Origin: an uncultured Candidatus Saccharibacteria bacterium | GTDB lineage: Bacteria; Patescibacteriota; Minisyncoccia; SW-4-49-11 | Direction: 5' to 3' | Length of the DNA stretch: 64,000 bases | Assembly (NCBI GenBank): GCA_964585065.1 | Contig: CAZPCB010000002.1 | Span: 166,967-230,966 of the forward strand | In this document: positions 1-8,642 of the stretch, piece after piece | Layout: the number at the start of each line of letters is the position of its first letter | How positions within the stretch are numbered: position 1 is the first letter of the stretch | The notes under the pieces: model-generated | What the model was told of the DNA's origin: nothing | What the model saw: the letters and a program-made list of their open reading frames with translations, nothing else | The model's database searches: none | Made by a program: the position numbers and the translations under genes

Positions 1-44
1 TTCATATATGTTATAATTTAGATATATTAATAGTATAGCATGAT

Positions 45-635
45 ATGAAAATAATTTTGACGGGAGCACATGGTACGGGTAAAAGCACTTTATTGGAGCC
101 TTTAAGAGAATATTATCAGTTAAATACTCTCAAAAGAACAGTGAGGAATTTTTGGGAGGATAATGGTGTAGTTGATTTTGAAAAATTACCGAGTGATGTA
201 CGGGCTATATTCCAAAAGCATTTATTACTTAATCAATTAGATAAAGAAAATGATTTGTGGGAAGGGGGATTTATTACCGATAGATCAGTACTCGATTATC
301 TTGGGTATACGGTGGTATCAAGTACTATGTCTGATATTGATTTAGAGTTATATAAAGCTCTCATTCGAGAGAGATTATTGCAATATGATTATATTATTTA
401 TTGTCCGGTAGAATTCCCAGCAGAGGCAGAATATTTGAGGGCCGATCCCAAATCACAAATACAAGTTGCAGATGTATTAGAAGAACATTTAGCTTTATGG
501 TTAAAACCAGAACAATATTGTATTGCAAGAGGTAGTGTAGAAGAGAGGCTAGAGCAAATTAAGCAATTTATTGGGACTCCAAATATCTCTGTAAACTATA
601 TTTCCAATGAGGAATCGGAGAATTTACTATGGTAG
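45..635 (+). CDS. P-loop AAA_28/NadR-like nucleotide kinase-type ATPase
   Basis: N-terminal Walker A GAHGTGKST and ITDRS motif typical of dNMP-kinase/AAA_28 proteins. Confidence 0.7.
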   Translation: MKIILTGAHGTGKSTLLEPLREYYQLNTLKRTVRNFWEDNGVVDFEKLPSDVRAIFQKHLLLNQLDKENDLWEGGFITDRSVLDYLGYTVVSSTMSDIDLELYKALIRERLLQYDYIIYCPVEFPAEAEYLRADPKSQIQVADVLEEHLALWLKPEQYCIARGSVEERLEQIKQFIGTPNISVNYISNEESENLLW

Positions 636-1404
636 TAATGCGTCTTTTATCGAGTACAGAATAATAGGGTCTTTGAGCAGGAGTAGGATAATCTGTGGTT
701 GGAATTGGTATTATTTGGCATTTGATATTTTGTAGGTTTACAATTTCATAAGTAAAATCATACCAAGATGCCACACCTTGATTAGAATAATGTAAAATTT
801 GTTTTGTCCCAGATGGGAGTTTGGGTAATAATTCAAGAATAGCTTTAGCTAAATCAGGAGCATAAGTTGGGCTTCCAATTTGATCTGAAACTATATTGAG
901 TATATCTCGCTCTTGGGCAAGGCGGATGATTGACTTTACAAAATTATTGCCATAAGGAGAATATAGCCAAGAAGTTCGAATAATATATGCTGAATGCGCA
1001 AGTTCTATAATAGCCTTCTCACCCTCTAATTTGGATTTACCATATATGGAAAGGGGATTAGTAGTGTCATCTTCTGTATAGGGAATATGATTTGTCCCAT
1101 CGAATACATAATCAGTGGAAATATGTATAAGGGGAATTGTGAATTGCTGACTAATAAGGGCAAGATTATGAGCTCCCTCACTATTTACTTGATAGGCAAT
1201 TTCAATTTCTTGCTCGGCTTTATCTACTGCGGTATAGGCAGCCGCATTGATAATAGAATTAATAAAATTTTTCTCTACAAAATCTTGTAGAGCTGATATA
1301 TTAGTAATATCTAATTCACGACCTTTGAATATAGCTTGCTCGTCAGTGAGAATAGCTCTTAGACATTGTCCCAATTGCCCATTGGCTCCTGTTACCAATA
1401 TCAT
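568..1404 (-). CDS. rfbD: dTDP-4-dehydrorhamnose reductase
   Basis: MILVTGANGQLG Rossmann start, AAYTAVDKAE, ISTDYVFDG, YGKSK; start set at 1404, giving an ATGA overlap with the rfbC stop. Confidence 0.95.
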   Translation of the reverse strand: MILVTGANGQLGQCLRAILTDEQAIFKGRELDITNISALQDFVEKNFINSIINAAAYTAVDKAEQEIEIAYQVNSEGAHNLALISQQFTIPLIHISTDYVFDGTNHIPYTEDDTTNPLSIYGKSKLEGEKAIIELAHSAYIIRTSWLYSPYGNNFVKSIIRLAQERDILNIVSDQIGSPTYAPDLAKAILELLPKLPSGTKQILHYSNQGVASWYDFTYEIVNLQNIKCQIIPIPTTDYPTPAQRPYYSVLDKRRITTIVNSPIPHWKYSLQRYLESQ

Positions 1405-1949
1405 AGCTTTCCTAAATATTCTTCTAAACTCGGCCATTGCAAATCTCTATCGGCAACTATTTGTTTATTTTGTGGAATTTGCCAGTCGATATTAAGCGTG
1501 GAATCAGAAAAAATAATTCCTCCTTCAGCTTCTTTATTATAATTATTATCGCATTTATAGGCAAAAATTGCTGTCTCAGACAATACGGCAAATCCATGAG
1601 CAAAACCTCGAGGAATAAGTAATTGTCTAAAGTTTTTGTCAGATAATTCTACAGCTATATATTGCCCCCGAGTTGGGGAGTTGGGTCTTAAATCTACTGC
1701 TACATCGAGTACAATTCCCGATACAGCTCTTACTAATTTAGCTTGTGCTGATTCTCCTGTTTGAAAATGTAATCCCCGAATAGTGCCATATTGAGAGAAT
1801 GACTGATTATCTTGTACAAAGCTATAATTCAGATTTTTATCTGTAAACTTTATCTGACTATATGTTTCTACAAAATATCCTCGTGTATCTGTGAAAACCT
1901 GAGGTGCTATAATAAGTAAATCTGGAATTGAGGTTTTTATAATATTCAT
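1401..1949 (-). CDS. rfbC: dTDP-4-dehydrorhamnose 3,5-epimerase
   Basis: DTRGYFVE, QDNQSFS, RGLHFQ, AQAKLV, IPRGFAHGF motifs. Confidence 0.96.
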   Translation of the reverse strand: MNIIKTSIPDLLIIAPQVFTDTRGYFVETYSQIKFTDKNLNYSFVQDNQSFSQYGTIRGLHFQTGESAQAKLVRAVSGIVLDVAVDLRPNSPTRGQYIAVELSDKNFRQLLIPRGFAHGFAVLSETAIFAYKCDNNYNKEAEGGIIFSDSTLNIDWQIPQNKQIVADRDLQWPSLEEYLGKL

Positions 1950-2010
1950 ACTATTAAGTATAGCATATCGTTATATAAAATGGTATAAATGCTAGTCAGG
2001 TTAAATGCTC

Positions 2011-2038
2011 TTGACAATTTTAATGGGAATAGTATAAT
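2011..2038 (+). promoter_or_regulatory. sigma70-type promoter
   Basis: TTGACA (2011-2016), 16-nt spacer, TATAAT (2033-2038). Confidence 0.7.
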
Positions 2039-2065
2039 AATATACGTTGTTCATCTAAGAGGTTT

Positions 2066-2251
2066 ATGACCAGTTCTGCTTGGGATCTTATTACAACGCC
2101 CAAAGGAACATTTTCAGTACCCCGTAGGCATCGTACATGTGAGGTGAGTGGGGACTCATGTCTCTGTCCCTTAGGGGAATGCCGATTCCTCAACCCTCTT
2201 CCCCCACATCCGGTGAATGCAGTAGAGGACCTTTTCAAGGTTGGTCGCTAA
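2066..2251 (+). other. Small transcription unit: either a 61-aa Cys-containing ORF or a structured ncRNA
   Basis: GC-richer than its flanks, bounded by a consensus promoter and a terminator; coding status unresolved. Confidence 0.4.
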
Positions 2252-2269
2252 CCTAATCTCCATCAGATC

Positions 2270-2310
2270 AAAAAGAGAGTCGTCCACATAGGATTGACTC
2301 TTTTCATTTT
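2270..2310 (+). terminator. Rho-independent terminator
   Basis: AAAAGAGAGTC-GTCCACATAGGAT-TGACTCTTTT imperfect hairpin with T-tract. Confidence 0.65.
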
Positions 2311-2330
2311 ATAGATAATAGAAAAAGCCC

Positions 2331-2444
2331 TCAATGCAGGGGCTTACATTTGCATGCTGCGTCTGAATCCCTTATTATAGACATCGGAAAATAATATATT
2401 TTTCCCTTGAAGTTAAGGTGGGTTTCAATTTTTCGCAGCCCCAT
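2331..2444 (-). CDS. Putative 37-aa small protein
   Basis: Hand-translated ATG..TGA: MGLRKIETHLNFKGKIYYFPMSIIRDSDAACKCKPLH; TATACT upstream on the minus strand and an AAGCCC..GGGCTT hairpin with T-tract at its end. Confidence 0.3.
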   Translation of the reverse strand: MGLRKIETHLNFKGKIYYFPMSIIRDSDAACKCKPLH

Positions 2445-2538
2445 TCTGAAGGCTTTATACCAGTATATAGTATTTTAGGTGAATTGAAAAGGAAGTAATT
2501 TTATGCTATGATAAATGCAATGATTAATCAATTTTGTT

Positions 2539-5424
2539 ATGTTTAATAAACCTCCCTTTAATGTTTCTTTTCCTGATTTGGAAAAAGATATACTTGAGTT
2601 TTGGAAAATTGAGAATATTCTACAAAAATCTATAGAGTCACGGCCCGCAGATAAGACCAAAACATTTTATGATGGGCCTATTACGGCAAATGGGGAGCCT
2701 CATTCAGGACATATGCTTACTTTTGCATTGAAGGATATTATGCCTCGTTATTGGACTATGAAAGGATATAGAGTTACTCGTAGTCTTGGTTGGGACTGTC
2801 AGGGTATTCCAGTTGAATATGAGATTGAAAAGAAACTTGGATTTCAACAAAAAAAGGATATAGAAGAATATGGAATAGCCAAATTTAATCAATTATGTCG
2901 TGAATCGGTATCTACTCATCGTGAGGGTATTATTGAATTAGAAGAAAAATTAGGAAGACTTACCAATTCGGATGAAGAATATGCTACTATGGATGCTGAT
3001 TATATTGAATCAGTATGGTGGAGTTTATCAGAATTATATCGCAAGGGGCTTTTGTATGAAGGATTCAAAGTAGTGCCATATTCTACTCGGGCAGGCACAA
3101 CACTTTCTAATGCTGAGGTGGCACTGGGAGGGTATAAAAAACAAATTGATCCTGCTGTTACGATTAAATTTGAGCTAATAGATAAAGCTAATACCTTTGT
3201 ACTTGCCTGGACTACTACTCCTTGGACTTTACCTACTAATTTTGCTTTAGCTGTAGGTAAGGATATTGATTATATTGAAGTTAGCATACTGAATACAGAA
3301 GAGCATTATATTGTGGCTCGGGATTTAGCCGAGAATATATTCGGGTTAGATTATACCGTAGTGGAAGAATATAAGGGTTCGGATTTGGTTGGAAAATCTT
3401 ATAAACCTTTATTTGATTTTTTTGAGGGAAAAGAATATTCTTTTGTCATTTATGATGGCGCCCATGTTACGACAGAATCTGGTACTGGTATTGTACATCT
3501 TGCTCCTTATGGTGCTGAGGACAATGAAATTTTCCAGCAAGTAGGAATTCTATCGGTAGATGTGATTAATGATCAAGGTGATTTTATTGATGAAATTAAG
3601 CCCTATGCAGGGATGTTTTATCGTAAAGCTAACAAATATATTATTGAGGATTTGAGAACAGCAAATAAGCTTTATAAAGTGGAGGATTATGAGCATGATT
3701 TGCCTATGTGTTGGCGTACGAACACTCCTTTGATTTATAAGCCTATTACTTCTTGGTATGTAGCAATGAGTACTTTGCGTGATAGATTAGCAGAGAATAA
3801 TAATGCTATTGGCTGGATTCCTGATCATATTAAAGAGGGGAGATTTGGTAATTGGTTGAGAGAAATCAAAGATTGGGGGATTTCTCGGACACGATATTGG
3901 GGTACTCCACTTCCAATATGGAAATCTGAATCAGGTAAGACGAAAATTATTGGTTCATTTACTGAATTAAAAGAATTATCTGGAGTTGAGTTGGATGACC
4001 CCCATAGACCTTTTGTAGATGATATATCATTTACGTTTGAGGGAGAGACATATAACAGAATTCCTGATGTATTAGATGTTTGGTATGATTCAGGGTCTAT
4101 GCCTTTTGCTCGATTTCATTATCCTTTTGAAAATAAAGAATTATTTGAGTCTAAATTCCCAGCAGAATATATCGCTGAAGGGGTGGATCAGACTAGAGGT
4201 TGGTTTTATTCTCTTCTTGCTCTCTCTACCGCATTATTTGATCAGCCAAGCTATCGCAATGTGATTGTAAATGGATTAGTTTTAGCTGATGATGGACAAA
4301 AATTATCTAAGAGTAAGAAAAATTATACTAATCCAATTGAGCTTATTGATCAATTTGGAGCTGATGCTGTGAGACTTAACTTTTTCTCTACTCCAATCTC
4401 AGCAGGAGAAGATACTATTATTTCAGGGAAGACAGTCAAACTTATGACTCAAGAATATATATTGCCTCTATGGAATATATATAGTTTTCTTGTTACCTAT
4501 GCTAATGTGAGTGATTGGACTCCTGCTTCTCAATCTGAAAAGCCCAAAAATCCTAAAAATGAATGGTTATATACGAGACTCAATTATACTATTCAAGAGG
4601 TGAATATGTCTCTAGATAATTATCGTATACCTCAGGCTACTCGTGAGATTAAAGCTTGTATGGATGATATGTCTAAATGGTATATTCGTACAGCTCGTAA
4701 TGATTTTGCAAGCGGAGATATTGAATTCCTACAAACTTTATATGATAATTTTGTAAGATTGTTGCATCTCCTGGCACCATTTGCTCCATTTATTACCGAA
4801 TATCTCTATCAGCAATTAGTGGTATCACAAAATTCTGAGGCTAGTCAGTCAATTCATTTAAGTCAATATCCAGAATATGATGGTAAAATCGATGAGTTAG
4901 TATTGAATCAAGTAGAACAGGTAAAAGTTATTCTGGAGCAAGGATTTAAGCTTCGAGAAGTATCGAGTATCAAGGTAAGGCAGCCGTTACAATCACTCGG
5001 AGTAGAGGGATTAGAACTTACTGATTGGATGCAAGATATTATCAAGACAGAAATTAATGTAAAACAGGTATTAACTCATAAAGTTTCAGATAATAGTATT
5101 GAACATTTAGGATATATATTAAGCCTTGATGATATTATTACAGATGAACTTCGTGAGGAGGGATTAGTGCGAGAATTAATTCGTAATCTTCAAATTACTC
5201 GTAAAAATGCTCGCCTTTCTAAGGAGCAGAATATTAAACTTGCTGTAGATGCTTCAGATATAATTGTAAATCTTATCAAGTCTCATCAAGCAATTATTAG
5301 TGAGCCTGTAGGTGTGGTGGAATGGGAATTTACATCTCTTACTGAACCAGAAAATACGCAAAAAGTAAAAGTAGAACAAGAGGAATTTTTGATTTATATC
5401 ACAGTACTTGAGGAGACAAAATAG
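2539..5424 (+). CDS. ileS: Isoleucine--tRNA ligase (type 2-like)
   Basis: DGPITANGEPHSGH, GWDCQG, WTTTPWTLP, GTGIVHLAP, EGVDQTRGWF, KLSKS; no C-terminal Zn finger. Confidence 0.97.
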   Translation: MFNKPPFNVSFPDLEKDILEFWKIENILQKSIESRPADKTKTFYDGPITANGEPHSGHMLTFALKDIMPRYWTMKGYRVTRSLGWDCQGIPVEYEIEKKLGFQQKKDIEEYGIAKFNQLCRESVSTHREGIIELEEKLGRLTNSDEEYATMDADYIESVWWSLSELYRKGLLYEGFKVVPYSTRAGTTLSNAEVALGGYKKQIDPAVTIKFELIDKANTFVLAWTTTPWTLPTNFALAVGKDIDYIEVSILNTEEHYIVARDLAENIFGLDYTVVEEYKGSDLVGKSYKPLFDFFEGKEYSFVIYDGAHVTTESGTGIVHLAPYGAEDNEIFQQVGILSVDVINDQGDFIDEIKPYAGMFYRKANKYIIEDLRTANKLYKVEDYEHDLPMCWRTNTPLIYKPITSWYVAMSTLRDRLAENNNAIGWIPDHIKEGRFGNWLREIKDWGISRTRYWGTPLPIWKSESGKTKIIGSFTELKELSGVELDDPHRPFVDDISFTFEGETYNRIPDVLDVWYDSGSMPFARFHYPFENKELFESKFPAEYIAEGVDQTRGWFYSLLALSTALFDQPSYRNVIVNGLVLADDGQKLSKSKKNYTNPIELIDQFGADAVRLNFFSTPISAGEDTIISGKTVKLMTQEYILPLWNIYSFLVTYANVSDWTPASQSEKPKNPKNEWLYTRLNYTIQEVNMSLDNYRIPQATREIKACMDDMSKWYIRTARNDFASGDIEFLQTLYDNFVRLLHLLAPFAPFITEYLYQQLVVSQNSEASQSIHLSQYPEYDGKIDELVLNQVEQVKVILEQGFKLREVSSIKVRQPLQSLGVEGLELTDWMQDIIKTEINVKQVLTHKVSDNSIEHLGYILSLDDIITDELREEGLVRELIRNLQITRKNARLSKEQNIKLAVDASDIIVNLIKSHQAIISEPVGVVEWEFTSLTEPENTQKVKVEQEEFLIYITVLEETK

Positions 5425-5427
5425 TCT

Positions 5428-6231
5428 ATGAAAATAATCAAAGAACAAGAATTCATACAGCTTGTTTGGGATTATTATTATCAGCATAAGAGACCCATGC
5501 CTTGGAGGGATAATACCAATCCCTATTGGGTTATTGTCTCTGAGATTATGCTACAGCAAACTCAAGTAGCGAGAGTTCTTGAGAAATTCCCTATATTCAT
5601 AAAGCAATTCCCAAGTTTTGAAGTTTTGGCAGAATCTAGTCTTTTGGAAGTATTGCAGGCTTGGCAGGGATTGGGTTATAATCGGCGAGGTAAATATCTT
5701 TGGCAAATTTCCCAAAAGATAATGCAGGAATATGATGGGGTTCTACCAGATAATCCTGATATATTAATTCATTTTCCTGGTATTGGTAAGGCTACAGCTG
5801 CTTCAATTATAGCCTTTGCTTATAATAAGCCCACCATATTTATTGAGACAAATATTAGGCGAGTTTATATTCATCATTTTTTCTCTGAAGCAGAGAATAT
5901 TCCGGATAATGATCTAATTCCTCTTATTGAGAAGACAGTATCTAAGGATAATCCAAGAGAATGGTATTATGCTTTGATGGATTATGGAACTTATCTGAAA
6001 ACTCAAATTAGTAATCCTAATCGTAAAAGTAAACATTATACTCGCCAAAGTGTATTTGAAGGTTCTAATAGACAAATACGTTCACAAATTATCAAACTAT
6101 TATTACAAGGACCAAAAACTTTGTCTGAGATACAAGATATGATTTCAGATAGTAGGGTTCAAGATAATATAGAATCTTTAGTAAAAGAAGAATTAATAAA
6201 AAAGGAGAAAAATCAGTATATAATTCGTTAA
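5428..6231 (+). CDS. mutY: A/G-specific adenine glycosylase, short clusterless MutY-like
   Basis: PWR, VSEIMLQQTQV, WQGLGYNRR, HhH motif FPGIGKATA. Confidence 0.85.
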   Translation: MKIIKEQEFIQLVWDYYYQHKRPMPWRDNTNPYWVIVSEIMLQQTQVARVLEKFPIFIKQFPSFEVLAESSLLEVLQAWQGLGYNRRGKYLWQISQKIMQEYDGVLPDNPDILIHFPGIGKATAASIIAFAYNKPTIFIETNIRRVYIHHFFSEAENIPDNDLIPLIEKTVSKDNPREWYYALMDYGTYLKTQISNPNRKSKHYTRQSVFEGSNRQIRSQIIKLLLQGPKTLSEIQDMISDSRVQDNIESLVKEELIKKEKNQYIIR

Positions 6232-6279
6232 ATAGTAACATTTATGCTATACTATATGTAATATAATGTAGTATAATAT

Positions 6280-7548
6280 ATGCCACAAAACCCTAAAAAA
6301 ATTCTAATTCTTTCTTGGGAAATATTGCCTTTGATGGAAGGTGGATTGGGGGTATTGGTGCGAAGCTTAGTGGATGAATTACGCCACCAAGGAGCAGAGG
6401 TCACTATTTTAACACCTCATAATACTGATGATATTGAGGATGTTATTTCACTTGAATTGGGAGTGAAGAAATATAGTAAATCAGATACGTCTATTCCTGG
6501 ACTGAAGGATTTTGTATTAAAAGAATTTGTTCCAAAAGGGAAAAAGAAATATGTAAAATGGCCACAATTATATAGTGAGTCAGTAGTAAAAAGAGCTACT
6601 CTGTACCCTAATCATACTCCTATTTCAACCAGAGCTTATGCCTATGCAGTGTATGATTGGCTACAAGAAAATGGCCAAGATTTTGATGTAATATATGGTA
6701 TGGATTGGATGGCTATACCAGCACATTTGCTTTTAGTTCATCATAATATTACTATCCCATTTTATTATCATATTAATTCTACTGAAGTTGATCGCTCAGG
6801 TGGACATATACATAATAATGATCATACAGCAAGAACTTTATATGAACTTGAGAAAAAGGGATTTTATTTGGCAGAAAAAATTGCAGTAGTATCAGATATA
6901 TCTAAACAAATATTAATTGAGGATTATAATATTCCTGAGGAGAGAATTTATCCTATATATAATGATATTAGTTTTGAGCCTGAGAAAATTGGATTTGAGC
7001 ATTTGGATCGCGGTAAAAATGTGTTATTTATGGGGCGTGTTGTGGCACAGAAAGGATTATTCTTTTTGATTGAAACAGCAGTACGGGTTCTTCAAATTGA
7101 TTCTCAAGTTACATTTATTATTGCGGGGGATGGTTCTATAGAAGGGAATCTTTTACCAGAAATTGTAGAGCATGTAGCAAAACGTAAATTAGAGCGAAAT
7201 ATTGTATTTACGGGTTGGGTTAATAGTGAATCCAAAAAACAATTATATAAAACTAGCCAATTATTTGTTATGCCATCTCCTAATGAGCCATTTGGACTTA
7301 CCGCCTTGGAGGCAATTCGCTCAGGAGTACCTACTATTGCTTCAGAGACAAGTGGATTTATTAGTGTAGTGCCCTCAACCCCAACTTTTGCCTATTATGA
7401 TATTGAAGCCTTTGCTAATACCATACTTCATTTTATTCAAAATAAAGATGCTCGAATTGATTTATTAAAAAGGCAACAAGAAGATTTATCTCATCATAGT
7501 TGGCCACAAGAAGTGAAAAAATTATTGAGTTTAATAGAGGCGGTATGA
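6280..7548 (+). CDS. GT4 glycosyltransferase (glycogen synthase-like)
   Basis: LSWEILP..GGLG, DWM, HINSTEVDR, MPSPNEPFGLTALEA. Confidence 0.85.
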   Translation: MPQNPKKILILSWEILPLMEGGLGVLVRSLVDELRHQGAEVTILTPHNTDDIEDVISLELGVKKYSKSDTSIPGLKDFVLKEFVPKGKKKYVKWPQLYSESVVKRATLYPNHTPISTRAYAYAVYDWLQENGQDFDVIYGMDWMAIPAHLLLVHHNITIPFYYHINSTEVDRSGGHIHNNDHTARTLYELEKKGFYLAEKIAVVSDISKQILIEDYNIPEERIYPIYNDISFEPEKIGFEHLDRGKNVLFMGRVVAQKGLFFLIETAVRVLQIDSQVTFIIAGDGSIEGNLLPEIVEHVAKRKLERNIVFTGWVNSESKKQLYKTSQLFVMPSPNEPFGLTALEAIRSGVPTIASETSGFISVVPSTPTFAYYDIEAFANTILHFIQNKDARIDLLKRQQEDLSHHSWPQEVKKLLSLIEAV

Positions 7549-8636
7549 CAAAAGATATAAAGATACCAGTTTCGCTCAAAGAGGAATATCCCGTAGTGAT
7601 TTCTTTGTCTTTAATTTTTTCTTATACTTCTAAATCTTTAGTGGATATTTTGAAAAACCCAAAACTTCCTTTTGTGGATAAAAAACAAAGTGATACTATT
7701 TGGGAAAAAGAATTCAATACCATATATATTCCCTTATTTGAATTTCTGTATAAGCAAAATATTAAAGCTGCAGTAATTATTACAGGACATTTTCTTGATA
7801 TTGCTGCTCGTAAATATCCAGCATTCTTAGATATTTTACAAAAAATGATTCAAAAAGATTTACTATATATTATTCCAGATGCCTATTGGGGAAGTAGTCA
7901 TCTTAGTATGTATTATTTTGATTGGTGGAAAGATGAAATTGCAGGAACTATAGAGCGAATAAAAGAGTATTTAAACATTATACCAACTTCCGTATATGTG
8001 CCTTTACTGTATCGACAATTACCATTAGAAAAATTATTAACAAGTTTTGGAATAGTAGATTTTGTGACCATAGTAGATGAACGTAAAGGAGGGATTTTGA
8101 CTATGCCATTAAAATCATTTCGGCGTTTTCGAGGGGGGAGAGTAACTTGGATAAAAGAGGTGGAGAAAACAGATATTAATATTCATTGGTATCCTTATAC
8201 CCATTATTTTGATTTGATGAATGTAAAAAATCATCAAACAATAGAATTGATGACAAAATCAATAGGACTTGAAATAGCACTTGCCTCAACCAAAGCTCAA
8301 ATTGTGAAAAGTAAACCAAAAAAGAAGTCCTCTCTTCGTATACAAGAAGAGCGTAATTGGTCACGATATAGTAATCTTCAAAAAGGAGTATTTAGGCTAT
8401 GGGAATATGCTACCTATATGCTCGGAAAAGAACATGCAGAAATTGATACCATTGATGATGATCCCTTAATGCGAAATTTGTTTTATAGTATGAATAGAGA
8501 TTTCTTTTATTATCTTGGATATGATAATTATACCAAAAAACAACAAATTCCTTTTACTTCACCCTATGAATCATTTATTCATATTCAGAATACCAATATA
8601 CAATTAGAAATTTTATTTAATCAGAGAGAAACATAG
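7545..8636 (+). CDS. Divergent GH57 family protein, probably non-catalytic
   Basis: IYIPL, ITGHFLD, DFFYYL and SPYESFI segments match the GH57 alpha-amylase layout; ATGA-coupled to the GT4 gene; catalytic motifs not recognisable. Confidence 0.6.
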   Translation: MTKDIKIPVSLKEEYPVVISLSLIFSYTSKSLVDILKNPKLPFVDKKQSDTIWEKEFNTIYIPLFEFLYKQNIKAAVIITGHFLDIAARKYPAFLDILQKMIQKDLLYIIPDAYWGSSHLSMYYFDWWKDEIAGTIERIKEYLNIIPTSVYVPLLYRQLPLEKLLTSFGIVDFVTIVDERKGGILTMPLKSFRRFRGGRVTWIKEVEKTDINIHWYPYTHYFDLMNVKNHQTIELMTKSIGLEIALASTKAQIVKSKPKKKSSLRIQEERNWSRYSNLQKGVFRLWEYATYMLGKEHAEIDTIDDDPLMRNLFYSMNRDFFYYLGYDNYTKKQQIPFTSPYESFIHIQNTNIQLEILFNQRET

Positions 8637-8642
8637 TATATA

